Shown: positions 38,061 to 52,445, counted from the first letter of the whole stretch. The stretch is DNA of 63,737 nt, filler included, from Reticulomyxa filosa (GCA_000512085.1; 16 parts of 16 records of this genome joined end to end with filler, not necessarily neighbours in it), one strand, 5' to 3'. Numbers and translations are program-made. The notes: generated by a model from the letters alone, not told the origin.

Positions 38061-40281
38061 TTACATTAATTGTCTTGATTCAAAAATAAAATCATGATGA
38101 ATACCTTGAATTTCAATATTACGTTTTAATTTATAATTATCTTGTTGAATTTGTTGAATAATTTGATAAAATGAATAATGATGATTATATATATTTTTAA
38201 TAGATTGACTAAATAATGAAAAATCATTTAATTGATTTTTTTTAATATTGACCATACAATAACAAAATCATTATTTAGTTGTTGTTGTTGTTTTTTTATT
38301 CGTATATTATTTGGAATATTAATAACATAATTATCAATATAACAACAATCAATAATATATAATTTAGGAAAATATTGAAAAGATTGAAATAAAGAAAAAA
38401 TATGATCATAAATAGAAATAAAATTTCCATTACTTGTAATTAAAATATTTTTTTGATAATTAATATAACCAGAAATAATTATAATTAAACAATCATATTT
38501 ATAAATATTTTTACGAAGTTTTTTATTTATAATTATTTCTATTAAATATTCTTTAATATCTTCTTTATTCATTTTTAATTTTTCATTATAAATCAATGTA
38601 TAATTTAATTTTTTTTCAAATAATATTCTATAATTATTAATATAATCATTACTAATATTATTATTATCATCATCATATTCATTTATATTTATCATTATTA
38701 CTAAACCATTTTTAATTATTTTTTTATTTAATTCTGATTCTATTTTAAATGATATCCAATTTATTTTAAATAATGGTTCATTATCTTTCAATATTTTTAT
38801 TATATCTTCATTTGATTCTATTATTTTTCCATTCTTTATATCTATTATTTCCATTTTTAATTTTTCTTTTGTCATTTTTTCAAAATCTTCTTCTTCTAAA
38901 TTATTATAACATTGTATCATTAATTCTTTAAATGTTAATTCTTTCATTTTTATCGTTTTCTTTTTTTCATTTATTATTACATATGCTATTATCTATTTAT
39001 ATAAATGTATATTTTTTATCTTTAATAATCATCATCAATTAGATATTTAACTTCTTTCTCTTTTTCTTCTTCCTTACTTTCTTCATTGTCCTATTTTCAA
39101 TTTATTTGTTCATTTACTCCTTTTGTTTTATTTTTAAAATTATATATATATATATATATCAAAACATTTCCAACATTCATATTCTTATCATTTGATTCTA
39201 ATGATTTTATTCCAATTCCATCATCTTCCTTTCTTTCCTTTCTTATCACTTCCACTATTTCTTTTTCATCCATCCATCCAATCACATTTGTTTTCATGTG
39301 AGTTGATACAATATCTTTGTCACTACTTCCTCCAATGATATGTATATAAGTGTTATCTTCATTCAATATCCCAAAACAATCTTTCAATGAAATAGGCAAA
39401 GTATGTTCAAATGTAATCCATGTTTTTTCTTTTATTGAATACTTGTGCACTGATTTTGAAATAATTTTATTTGATAACAAGTTACCATTCCATCCACCAA
39501 AAAACAAGATAAAGTCATTGATGTACACGTATGCATAACAGTAGAATAGCGCAATAGCATTACAAACAGGTAATCTATGAAATTGAAATGTGTTGTTGTC
39601 TTCATCATATTCAATTGACAATCCTGTCTTTTTACAAAATAACAATATTTCATTCTTTTTTATATTTGTTTTCACACGTTCTAATCCATTCATCGTTTTT
39701 AGCACAAAACAATGAAGAAATATAAAATCACTAGTCGGTAGGGTGTCATGTTTGATATATTGAAATGTATTCAAATTAAATACATCAATATTTTTTGGAG
39801 AATAAGTAATGAACAACAAATGATTGTTGCTTCCACCAATCACTGCACGCACTCCTCTATGATAATCTTTATCTCTACCAATCAAAATGGGTTGATTGTC
39901 GTTATTCGTGAAAGGATTCCATTGATTTGCCTGTTTTATTTTTTCGATATTATTTGGATCTTCTTCCCAAACACTCACATATTTCATCACCAATGTATGC
40001 TTTTTTTTATTTTCTGATCCACCAAAAGACAATAAAGTGATTTCATTTGGATTATTCTCATCTACACGCTTCACCACACAATGTCCTTGTAATTTAACAT
40101 CATTTGGATAAGAACATATCTCTTTATACTGATTTTTGATTGTATGATAGGAATAACATTTTTTCTTGTCATGACCACCACAAACGAGGATTTCGCGTTT
40201 ATAGGCCACACATTGCGTGTTATGAAGCGACATAGGCAAAGAAGGCAAAGTTTGAAAAGAAGTCATACTCGCTATGCTCAA
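38061..40281 (-). CDS. Kelch-like beta-propeller fused to a caspase-like (peptidase C14 fold) domain lacking the catalytic His; frameshift near 38240
   Basis: Kelch GG motifs (ILVCGG, LLSFGG, AVIGG, LFFGGW, IHIIGG). Phase-0 joins link the exon ending about 39166, a 39-nt mini-exon 39052-39090 and the exon starting 38992. Caspase-like motifs NGLVIMININEY, YDCLIIIISGY, PKLYIIDCC. Confidence 0.72.
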
Positions 40282-42051
40282 GATTTCTTGTGCTTTGATG
40301 TTGATTGACTGCGTTTGAAGTAAACCTAAGAGTAACTACCGTAGTTTGAGGTTTGAGGACGCCCTTTTACTCCAATACAACTAATTTACTTAATTAATTG
40401 AAAAAATTATGGTAATTGGTGCTATACTAACGCTGTATTATCACTTTCATTATCAGATCAAAATTGACAATTATTTTTTTTATTAAAAGAATCGAAAGAC
40501 TTTAAGTATGACTTCCGACAATCGATCATATTTGCTCATTCATCCGAAACAACTCCGTTAAAAATAAGTTTTCAGAGTTACTCCAATATTTTTCAACAAA
40601 AAAGAAGAGGAACACAATAATCTTTGAGCTTTCACAAAGCAACAATCATGTATCAACTGATTTTAAAATTTCAATGTAAACATAAGCATGCAACTCCAGT
40701 TCATCATGTTGTTCCAGTGGAACAAGTTCAGAGAACGCAAGAAAAAAATCAAACACGCAATATGAAGAATAACAAAGAGAATTTGAAAAAAGAAAATCAG
40801 AGCGTGCAATAGAAACAGATTGATCAGCTCAGTTGTCTTCAAATCAATTGGATGCAATCGAATTCCAGAATCAAACAAATTTGGATAAGGCGTTACGAAT
40901 AGAAAAAGAAACGATCCTGCAAGAACTAAAAGAAATGCAAAAATTTCAAGCTACATAAATATTGTGAAATGGATATTGAATTATTTTTGAGAAACCAAAG
41001 ATAAATGCAAAAAAGCAGCGATAATTTGTTGCTAAAATATGTCAGATTTTGAAATGGACTAATGATATTACTCTTCCTATTCTTTGTGTTTGTAGTTTTG
41101 ATTAAAAAAATTTGGATGACTCGAAACTTTAATCAATGGCTTGTGTCTCATTTGAGAAAATTTTTCTATGATAATCTGCATTCACCTTTGGAAGAATTGC
41201 AAGTCAATTGTCATTCCATTTTTTTCCTCGAAACAACTTAATCACTCAACAAATTTGAATAACATATGTATGTATATGCCTGTGTGTGTGATATAATAAT
41301 ACAGCAATTTATTCGTTCATTCGTTTATGCAACTATAATTTTGTCACTGGAAAAAATATTTTTTTTATTCTTTAAAACGTATTCATATCTGATTAATATC
41401 AATTCTTTGTTTTAAGAAGCACATATACAAAATTTCTCCAATCATTGAAAGGAGTATTTGTAGATATCTCATAGGTAAATAAACACATTAGTGTCAAAAT
41501 AAAATCCATTTCTTAACAATCTCTTTAAAGTTTTGAATAAACACGTTCTGTTGAAGAAAGATTTATTTGGAAATAAGTATAATTAATAGGATTGTGATGT
41601 TTGCTTTTGTAGCAAGAGCTTGTTATTTTTAAATTGAAAATAATCTGAGAATGTTGCAATGATGGCCACGCATTTTTTTCTTCACATCATTTGCATGCTT
41701 TCAATTATCACAAAAAACTTTTGCATTCTTAATTACGAACATCTTACAAAATAGTGGCCAACTCTTTTTTTAAATTCATTTTTAACACTTTATTTTATCA
41801 ATAACAAAAAAAGAGATTGGAATTTTAAAAACTTTTTTAATCGTCAAACTTTTCATCACTAATCAAAATAATATTCATTTTTGAAATTATGTTTTAATAA
41901 CACTATGACAATTCAAAGAATGGATTGTTTAAGTGGTCATGTAAATCTTTTNNNNNNNNNNNNNNNNNNNNNNNNNNNNNNNNNNNNNNNNNNNNTTAAT
42001 TAATTAANNNNNNNNNNNNNNNNNNNNNNNNNNNNNNNNNNNNNNNNNNNN

Positions 42052-43136
42052 GGATGCTGTTGCCGAAATGAAGCGAGGAACCGCAATGGTATGTATTGTA
42101 TGATGAACAAAAAAAAAAAAAAAACGTGGGACATTTGAATGTTTTTTTTTTTGTAAGTTCAAAAAAAAAAAAAAAAAAGTACTCTGTTGGACTGAACATA
42201 TAGCTAAAATATGGACGACGGGGACTACCGCATTTCAGAAGATTCCAATTGTCAGATGATATGACTCGGTTGATTTGGTATTCGCGCAAAAAAAATGTGG
42301 AGGAGACCAGCGTTGCGATTGCAGAGATAAAAGAGGTGTTGGAAGGACAGCAGACAGAGGTGTTCAAACAATGTACTCAAACCTCACTGGAAAAAGCCTC
42401 GTTTTCGATCGTCTACGGAAATAAGATGAAGACCTTGGATTTGGTCGCCAAGTCGTATGAAGAAGCGAAACTTTGGACTAAGGGCTTACGAGGATTGATA
42501 AAAGCTCATCAGTTTGTTTGTTTTGCTTCTCGCTATTCTATTTCTATAATTATCTCTTTTTTTTTTTTTTTTTAGGCAAGGCAAATTACACAAGGTTGCA
42601 CAAATTTTGGTAAACGTGGATTATACTGACATTACGAAACCAAATTATCGTGGTGATAAGTTAACCAGTTTTTTTTCCTTTTCCTTTTAAAGTGCATCCT
42701 AGCATATTTGCAACAACTTTTATGGTGTAAATGTGCCAATAGCAAGCAAACTCCTGCAGTGGGCTATGACAATGTTGAATTACTTCGCGCAGTTGAGACG
42801 GCGTTGGATCAAAGCAAAAAAACATTCAAAGCCATTCAAGACTTGATGCACAGCCCAGAAATTCAGAAAAGCCCAGAATATGAAGCCATTAGAGGATTAA
42901 TAAGCGAATTGGAGCAACGATTTGATGACCTTAATTATGCTCTCACACATAAAACACTGGCTCTGCAGAGTATCAAAAGAGATGTTTCGTAATCTTTTTC
43001 CTTTTTTTTTATCTTTCCTTGTTTTACTGTTTTAAATTGTGATTGGTGCCGATAGGTATGGGTCTTGAAGGTGGATGTCACTGTATTACATGAAAAGTTG
43101 CAAGTAATAGGAAAAGCCAAGTTTCACTTATTTTGA
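42052..43136 (+). CDS. PH-domain (PLC/PRAF-type) + coiled-coil protein, multi-exon, 5'-partial
   Basis: MKRGTAM|LKYGRRGLPHFRRFQLSDD...GQQTEVF...SFSIVY...TLDLVAKSYEEAKLWTKGL. Confidence 0.8.
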
Positions 43137-44725
43137 AGGCGGTTCGATCATTGAGGAGCTTTGTAAATACTTTGGTCAAACAGGAAATGGGTTCTATTTG
43201 AATTTTTTTCTTTGGTCATTTTGGGTGCGAACATGCCAAACAAATACCTTTTTTTTTTCTTGAAATCAATTCGACAAATGTGTGATTTTGTCTGCTGAGA
43301 TTTGTTACAAGGGGCAAAGGAAATTTGTCTTGAAGATATGGAAAATGTTAACCCATTCAAAAGGGTTTCTTCAGGAAAAGAACATATGTAAGTTGATGGC
43401 ACACGCCAATATATCATCATGCCTCCCACTTTTTCAAACAGTAATATTCTCCATTGATTTGCTATTTAAAATTCTTTAAATAACACTTTTTTAAGAGTGG
43501 CAAAGTGCTAACAAAAAAAAGTGACTTATGAATGCGGGTTTGCGGGATATTCGAAAGGAACACAACTCATTTTATACAGTGCTTGGAATTAAAAAAGTTG
43601 TATTTTGATAGTTGTTGTGTCAAAAATTAATCAGTCCTAAAAAGTTAAAGTTCCCACAACTTAACAAACAGCCAGGTAGGGAAAAATAAGATGTCACAAC
43701 AAGTCAATTAATCCAGTTGGCTCTTATAAAATGGATAGAACCTCTGCGTTGTATTAACGTCTAATTTTTCTTTTTCCAACGATGTCTTCTTTCGTCATCT
43801 CTGTTTTTTGTTAAAAAAAGTCATATACCAATTTCTTTTTTAAAATACGCGATTTCGCGGAACAGTTTTTTTGTATTTGTTTGCTTCGTCTTAACTGTTA
43901 GAAAAAGATTTTGCAATTTTTTCAGCTCTCTTAGGGTTGGATACTTTCAATGTGTACAAATAGTTTGCAGTTCGCAATTTAAATTTCGTGATCTTGGATT
44001 TCTTTGATTTGTACACAATCACTTTTTTTTTTGCTTTCTCATTTTGTTCATATCTTTTCAATAAATTCATAAATTCACGTTGTCCACGAACTTGTTTTGG
44101 CTATTAGTCCCATAAAACAGTTGCGGCTTAAGCTTGGGTTTTCTTCTACAAAAACAAAAAAAGAAGGGAAAATGCACCATTTTTAAGATCTATCGAAGGA
44201 ATGAATCTAGTGTCTGATCAAAACACTTTAATTGCAGTGTCGAACAGAAGCAATACCAATGATCGCAAACAAAAGGAAAGGGGGTCCAACAACGAACTAT
44301 ACGTTCAAGCTGAGCAGAAACGACAGTTGTAAGTTGAAGTATGTCCTTTGCCTTGAAAATGTCTTCTACTTGCAACGATAGAACCAGAAAATTAGTATCG
44401 TGTCTGACTGCGTGACCTACTTTTTTAAACATAATCTTGTGAAATTATAAACATGTTAGCGTTTTCTTTTGTGTCCATTGAAAAAATTTTTTTCTCTCAT
44501 TTCCTGTGGTTAGCTTTTTGTTTTATCGTTTCTTAAGCGTATTTTTTCAGTAAATAAAAAATGAGACAATCTATTTAAACTTAAGTCAATGGGATGCAAG
44601 AAAACAAACAGCCGACAGCAGAACAGTAAAAATCAAGAAATTAACGTTTCAAACTTTTTGTAGGCACATAGCACCCTTTGCTTTGTCCTGTTTTTGTCTC
44701 AAAGTTGTGCAAAAAAAAAGTGAAA

Positions 44726-45772
44726 ATGCTGTATACTTTGTTTTCTTTGTCGGTTTTACTGTTGACAAGTGAGGCCGTATTACGAGTTCCCTTGCACCGC
44801 ACCACTAAACATGAACTGGTCCAAGAAGTACCCAGGTAAGTACGAAAGGGAGCGAAGGGAACAAAAGCAAATAAAAAAGAACAAAACAACCACAAAAAAA
44901 AAAAAAAAGTCGATGGAGGAAAGCAACAAAAGCGGAAATTCCTTTGGGTGATTATTATAATGTGCAATGTTAGTGTTATCAATTTCTGTTTAAATTTTTT
45001 TTTTGGGATAATGAAGAAAAAGCACAAAATGTACAGATCAGGGACCAATTTCGTTGGGGACCCCAGCACAAGATTTTACAATATTGTTTGACACCGGAAG
45101 TTCAGATTTGTGGGTATTGAACAAGGGTTCCAAATGCTACGTTTGTGACCATACGTATACCTATCATAAATACGATCATTCTGCGTCAACCACATACACG
45201 CCCAACGGCACTGCTTTTGTGGACCAATATGGCCTCGGTACGTATTTTTTTTTTTTTTTGATCCATCACATTGAAAGTGGTTGTTTTTTTTTGTTTGTTT
45301 TTTTTAATTAGGTAACGCAACAGGCTATCTTTCCTCGGATATTTTGACAGTGGATACCTTACAAATACGTGTGACATTTGGAGAAGTTTAAAAAGCAAAT
45401 CTTTTGTTTGTGTTGTTGTATGGTATCATTTCAAGTTTGCTTTTTTTTTTTTTTTTTTTAATGACCTAATCTACAATAAAGGCTACCAGCGCATCAAATG
45501 TCGGTGTTTCTGACGGAATATTCGGGTTGGCATTTCGATCATTGAGTGCTGATAAAATTTTGCCGCCATTCTTTGTGTTATGGCAACAAGGATTGCTCGA
45601 AGAAAATCTGTTTTCTATGTATTTGCAAAGCACGCATAATACCACCGATGGTGAGTTATTGCTTGGAGGAGTTGATAACTCATACTACACAGGTCAAATT
45701 TATTACGCACCTATTGTCGATGAGCGTTGGTACGTAATTAATACAGTTGGTGCCAAGTTATGTTGTTCCCCC
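44726..45772 (+). CDS. Secreted A1 (pepsin/cathepsin D-like) aspartic protease, multi-exon, 3'-truncated
   Basis: Signal peptide plus LRVPLHR propeptide, GTPAQDFTILFDTGSSDLWV, flap QYGLG, DGIFGLAF, GELLLGG. Confidence 0.92.
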
Positions 45773-45896
45773 NNNNNNNNNNNNNNNNNNNNNNNNNNNN
45801 NNNNNNNNNNNNNNNNTTAATTAATTAANNNNNNNNNNNNNNNNNNNNNNNNNNNNNNNNNNNNNNNNNNNNAAAAAAAAAAAAAAAAAAACTAAC

Positions 45897-46674
45897 ATGT
45901 GCGCAGGTTCACAATACATGGACTGCGCGATAGCGATATTTGAAAGCTCGGCGGTGAATCAGCTGACGGTGAGTTGTGATAACACGGAGAGTTGCTATGG
46001 TACGATCTTTGACAATCACGAAAGCACCAAGTTTTATTTGCTTTGTCTTGAGTCCACTTCGTGCTTCTTGAACAAGATCCTGTACGACGCCAATGACCAG
46101 TACAATAGCTCGTGTGAGATCACCTGCAATTTGGACCCACTGCACCTCGGAACCCCAAGCTGTGAAAATGTTACCGTCACTGTGCAAAACAGTCAGATTG
46201 GCTATGATGATATCGTCTTGTCCTGTGTTGATTTTCAAGACTATCAATCTTGTGAAAATGTCGTCATTCAGTGTGGTGATGATGCTAAAATGTGCTCCTG
46301 TCCAGTTTCTTATGATCCAAATTCTGGTATTTTTTTTTTTTTAATTTTTAATTTTTATGTATACGTACCATATGTTTTATTTTATTTTTTGTGGAACTTT
46401 TAAAGCCGAATGGAACTGCGAAGGACAGTGCGGCACAACCTATTGCAAAGACGATGACTCAAGTAACTCCCCCTCTACTGCATTTGTTGTAGAAATTGTG
46501 CTATCCTTATTTGTGATGATTGTAATGATGATCTGCGTTGCATATCAATTGTACAAAAGAAAGTGGAAAAAAAACACACTCTTGCCTTCTTCCACGTCTT
46601 CTACATCTTCCACGAAAAAGATCACTCCTTCGAAGGAAATTCATTATGCTGATGCGACATACCAAAATTTGTGA
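45897..46674 (+). CDS. Cys-rich type I membrane protein (5'-partial)
   Basis: Repeated C-x4-8-SC motifs, one C-terminal TM segment followed by KRKWKK, and a Tyr-containing tail (YADATYQNL). Intron at about 46328-46405. Confidence 0.65.
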
Positions 46675-46905
46675 ACAAAAATGTAATGTAATTTTAGTTC
46701 ATAAAAAGTTTTAATTAATTTGTTCGGGTTGTGTTTCATTAACCGAAAATTTTAATTTTTCGTTTTCAAATTTTTTTTAAAGCCAAGTTATTTGTTTTAA
46801 GTAAGCCCAGTGTAGTGAAGTCTTGCGAAGCTGTGTCAAAAAGAAGGTAAGCAGTCGCAAAAAAAAAAAAAAAAACGGGCTCCTCGCATTTGGAGATTTG
46901 AAGAC

Positions 46906-49773
46906 ATGTCTGCCATAGAAGAGCTTTGTAGTTTGGGCTTTGAAAGATTTTGGGTTCAGCAGGCATTAGAGCTTACTGGAGGAAACAAAGATTTTGCAAT
47001 TGAATGGTTCGACCAAACTTTTTTTTGAAACTGGTTCTTTTTTTAATAAACAAAACAAATCAAAAAAAAAAAAAAGGCTAATTTCAGACGAATTCAAAAG
47101 AGCAAAGCAAGAATACGAGCAAATGAAAAAGCAAGAGGCATTGAAATCTGCACGATCAACTCAAACAATATCACAAGGAGTACTGCAACAAGCAAAAGAA
47201 AAAGAAGACGACAAACCAGATAATAGCAACAAAAAAAACGACAAAGAAATAGACAAATCGAAACCCGAAGAAAAAGAAGACAACGAAGGTGTGTTTGCAT
47301 CCACATATACATACTGGACACACTAAAAAAAAAAAAAAAAAATTGCTCAAAAGAGATGAAAGGAGAAAGGATAGAATAGGGCAAGAAGGGGACATTATGA
47401 TAAATACGTAAAAAAAAAAAAAAAAAAAAAGATGACATCGAGGCCCGCATATTTGCTGCAATGGCTCGCGAAGAGAGGACAATGAGTTTACAAAGTGAAA
47501 AGGCCCAGTCAGCAGTTGCGCCGGAGCAGCAGGACGACGCAGTGTCGGCGGAACACGCTTATTCTGTGACGGTGCAGTTCAATGGCGGGGTTAACGCGGA
47601 TAGCGCTGCAAATAATAATGGCCAACCCGAGTCATCACAAAAACAGCCACAAGATAAAGACAAAGACAAAGACGAGGAAGATGACGAAGAGCTGCAAGAG
47701 GACGAACACAGTGCAAATAGTGAAGATCGCAAGTTTCAACAACTTCTTGAAAAACAACAAGTTTCACTTATCTTTTTTTTTTTGTTTAAAAAAAGAAAAA
47801 AATGTGGTGTCGACGAGGGAGAGAAAGACATATACATATATACATATATACATATGTATATATGTATATATGTATATATGTATATAAAAGAACCACATTT
47901 AAAAAAACACTTTGCTTTTATAACTTATAATGGGGTTGTTTGTAGAATGTGGACGGTTGGGAGTGCAACGCTTGTGGCACGATAAATGACAGCAATACGG
48001 AAGCTTGCAAGCGCTGTCAAGTGTGGAAGCCCTCCGATAAGGATTGGTTTTGTGCCACCTGCACATTTGTTAATGACGAAAGCGACGAGCTGTGCCAAAT
48101 GTGTTTATCCCATCGGCCTAAAGGAGGGGTTTCCATTCAAATTAAAACTCTGGAGGTTTATATACGTATATGTATATTTTTGTAATGTGTTCAAAAAAAA
48201 AAAAAAATATATATATATATGTATATATACATTTTTATATGTATATATACGTATAAAAATGTATGTATATGTGTATATGTTGAAATTGAAAATAGAACCA
48301 ACAACAATTGCAAGTGAAGGAAGAACAAACATGGTCTTGTCCTTCTTGTTCATATTTGAACACATCGAATACGAATGCATGCATTTTGTGTGGCTACGAA
48401 CGCGGCAAAACGTTGACAGCGGGCGAGTCGCCGTATCAATCAGGTATTTCCGAACAAGCTGTCTCTGCACACGCACCAATGACAAGTGTCTCACTGATCG
48501 AAGCCATCGATGAACATCCATCACAATCTCAACCTCAACCTCAACCTCAACCTCAACCTCAATCTCAATGGCGCAAGTGAAGTCGCAAAGTCCTAAAAAA
48601 CAAGAAGCACAACTATCCCCAAAACAAAAAGGAAAGGACAATGATGTGTTCGATTTGGACGAGTTGCTGTCGGCCCAGAATCAGTCTTCTTTGAAAAAGC
48701 CCGAGTCTGTTGCGAGTGACCCAAACAACAATGTACCTCTGGACTCGCAAGACGAGTCAGAACAGAACGCAAATGATAAGGCCGACGAAGAGGAAGAGTC
48801 GGATGAAGAGATTGAACCCACTATTGCTCAAAGACCTTCGCAATTGCATGCGCATCGGCAGAGTAAATCTATTCTCGGAGGAATCGCTGATGCATCTACT
48901 GATGAAAAAGAACATAAAGCCGATGCATTGCCATATCAAGTTATATATACATATATACATATATATATATATTAGTGTATGCTTTTAATATTTCTTTAAA
49001 AAAAACAACTCTCCCTGGCCTCCCCTCCCCTCCCCCCCTCTCCACTCCTTGAAAAGATGTAGAGTTTTGGTTGTGTGACTTTAGGACCCCAAATGGCTTG
49101 AGAAAATGGCACAAAAAGACTCGCAAATACGAGAGAGCATGAAAGGACCCAAGTTGGTGTTGTCCCCGCTTTCGTCGCAGCATGCCGAGAAGAACAAAGA
49201 CCGCGAGAACGCAAAAGAGCCGATAGCAGGAACTACAGCAACAAACGCAGATGCAGATGCAGATGCAGATGCAGATGCAGATATAGACATGGATGTGGAT
49301 ATTGACATTGACGCAATGGAAATCCCGGAAATGGATGTAAACGAGTTGAAACGAACGACGGGCATGTTGGATAAGGCATATCCGGAAGTTTTCAGCAAGC
49401 CAGTGCAAACGCAAAAAGTCCAACCTGACAATCACGCTACCCGGTTCAAACCGAGCAACAGACCAGCGACACAAAACACATCTCTTCCTTCCAGCTCGTC
49501 TGTCGAAGTCCAATTGCAACGAAAACAATCGCAACCACAATCACAATCACAATCACAATCACAATCGCAATCACAATCACAATCACAGCCACAACCTTTA
49601 GTCAAACAGACGTCCAAGCCCTCAGTAGCTTCTCCTCGACGACAACCCAATGCGCAAATATCATACCCCAAAGAATCAGAAGAACAACAAGAAAAGCTCG
49701 CTCCGAAACAGGACGCACTTTCTAAACCTGAAACTAAAAAAATCAAAGTTCTTTTTTTTTTTTTTTTTTTTTT
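46906..49773 (+). CDS. UBA + three RanBP2/NZF zinc-finger protein, multi-exon, 3'-truncated
   Basis: Exon 1 MSAIEELCSLGFERFWVQQALELTGGNKDFAIEW is UBA-like. Three W-x-C-x2-C-x3-N-x6-C-x2-C fingers, the second with CTFVN. Long acidic/Gln-rich linkers. Confidence 0.82.
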
Positions 49774-49972
49774 NNNNNNNNNNNNNNNNNNNNNNNNNNN
49801 NNNNNNNNNNNNNNNNNTTAATTAATTAANNNNNNNNNNNNNNNNNNNNNNNNNNNNNNNNNNNNNNNNNNNNTGTATATTTGTATATTTGTATATTTGT
49901 ATTTTTTTTTTTTTTTTTTTTTACAAACTAAACCATCAAATTATTGTTTGCATTTTTTTTTTTTTTGGTTAG

Positions 49973-51984
49973 AGTGCAAGAGATGAAACAATTGTTGGTT
50001 AAAACGATCCTTGCAAACGGTGGCGATTTGGACGGCAAAACCGACTCTTTTGGGAAACGTACATACTCGTTTTGTGTTCGTTCACGCTCGTCGATCGGCG
50101 TTAAACGTACCACTTCCAGCACCATGACGAGTATGTTGACAAACACCGACAATGCACGTACATCGGACCCTTCCACCACTCACAACGACAATGGCAATGA
50201 ACATGAGCATGAAGAAGAGAAACACGAAGATGACCATAATCATAACCATGAACATGAACACGAACACGAACACGAACATCAACATGAACATCAACATGAA
50301 CATCAACATGAACATCAACATGAACATCAACATGAACATCAACATGAACATCAACATGAACCTGATAGTGAATACGTGTTGAGCGAAGAAGAAGATTCGA
50401 GTGATCGGGGAGATCTGATCGCTTTGCACAACAAAGCACACATGTCAAAAATGTGGAGTCTCTCCCTAGTCTTACTCCAATGATGTACAACTTGCTTGGA
50501 TTTTGTGCCGAATACGAGGATAATCTCAACGAGGCCATTGGCTACTATCAAATTGCTCTGCATTTCTTGCACAATGTGCAGAAGAATCCAAACTCTGCTG
50601 TGGATTATGTCTACAAGTTTTTTTTTTTCTTTTGTGTGCATTTTTTTTTTTTTTTTTTTAACAAATAAACAAATAAATAAAAGTGTGGAGGATGAAGTGT
50701 CCACTCACAATCATTTGGCAGATGCCTTGAGAAGAATGCAAAGATATGACGAAGCGAGATATCATTACGAAGTTAAACGGAAGTTTAGCAGCGATGGAAA
50801 CGATGAATTCCAGTATGCTTTTTTTTTGTATTGGATAAATGAGTACGACAAAAGCATAGAGATTTGCAAACATTTGATTGAAAAAGGTACAATACAAATA
50901 CAAATTCAAATACAAATAAATAAATAAATAAATATATATATATATGTATATATATACATATACATATATGTATTTATGCTTGTATTTATATTTATATTTA
51001 TATGTGTAATAAATACATTTTTAAAACAATTAGCGGAATGAAATGAAATGACTTTGATATGATTGACATTTTGCATGTTTTGCAACTGTGTATGTGTTGG
51101 ATACAACCAAAATGAAAAACTCGATTTGATTGGGGAAAAACGATAGGAACAACAAATTTAGCATTTGGTTTGTATGGCGACCTGTTGAGTGACACAGGCG
51201 ACCTTGCACTTGCACTGGACGTGACCCAAATGGGCTTTGAAATGGATCACGCAGGAAAAATGGGAGCAACGCATTTGATCGACTTGTCTCTGGTGGAGAC
51301 TTGGTAATGAAATATACATTGTGTGGAAAATATGAGGATGGGTTCCAACTCTATCAGCAGTTGTGGGAAAAGCATTTGAGTCAAATGAAACTGGACGATA
51401 TCGTGGAAAATTTTAGTGATGTCAGCTTTGTGCAAACATTATTGATTGCTTCGTTGGTTTTTATTTACATTGGTCATAATCATTTCTTTATTGAAAATGA
51501 AAATGAAAATGAAAATGAAATTGAAAAGATCATTGCAAAACCGCTTCTTGCGATAGACTATTTGAAACGCATCAAGGAATGGTATAACTCTTGTCACATT
51601 GCCCAAGAATGGAGTACAAACGACATCAATGTTGCCATGACTGATACTCGATTTATTCAGGAAATCGAGTACATGTATTGCTATTGGAATGACAAACACC
51701 AAAGTATGAAAACCAGTGTTGACTGTCCTTATTCAACCGCATTCTTTTATGGGCATTTTTTATTGCATTTGAAACAAGATTTCCAGGCTGCTTTGGCTGC
51801 CTTCAAACAACAATTGAGTCGTAGACCTCTGTGTGCATTAACACATGCATGGATGGCGCAATGTTATATGCAATTGGAACAACACCAACTTGCCAAAGAC
51901 TTTTTGCACAAGGCTCTTTCATTGAACCCAAAAGTCAAACCGGTGCAAACTTTTGCATTTAAATATACAAAATTGTTGCAATAG
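49973..51984 (+). CDS. TPR-repeat protein with HE/HQ repeat region, multi-exon, 5'-partial
   Basis: TPR-like helices YNLLGFC..AIGYYQIAL, HNHLADALRRMQRYDEARYHYE and AWMAQCYMQLEQHQLAKDFLHKALSLNP. Confidence 0.75.
50248..50360 (+). repeat. Coding minisatellite (GAACATCAACAT)n encoding (EHQH)n
   Basis: Visible 12-bp tandem unit, about 7 copies, preceded by GAACAC/GAACAT units. Confidence 0.85.
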
Positions 51985-52445
51985 TTAGACTATTTCCTTT
52001 TTTTGTTTTGTTTTGGTTTTTTTTCTTATTTTCTCCCCTTCCCTGGTGCAACTATCTTTTCATTGATTTAGGAAACTCGTTTGATAGCTGTGTGTGTGTT
52101 TTTTGACAAACTTGCTTCCTTTCAAATTTGTTTGTCACAAATATGATTTCTTTTGTTGCAATATCTTTATTAAAAAAAAAAAGAACAATAAACTATTAAA
52201 AATTGTGAGTTTTAAACAATAATATTAAAAAAAAAAGTCCCAACCAATACAGGGACACACTAAAAAAACCAATTCACAAGGAAAAAAAACGATAACAGAT
52301 TTTCATCCAAACAAAAAAGTTCATACACAAAACAATGAAATAATAAGATAGAATAAAATTAAAAAAAAATAATAGTTAAACAATAACAATTTTTAAAAAA
52401 AAAAAAAACGTTGGGGAGGTAGTTTCATTTTTTATTTAATACCAG

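Noticed and set aside
47826-51010. (TA)n/(TATG)n tracts and coding microsatellites such as (AAT)n, (CAA)n, (GATGCA)n
   Set aside because: Ubiquitous simple repeats in this window, with no specific structure.
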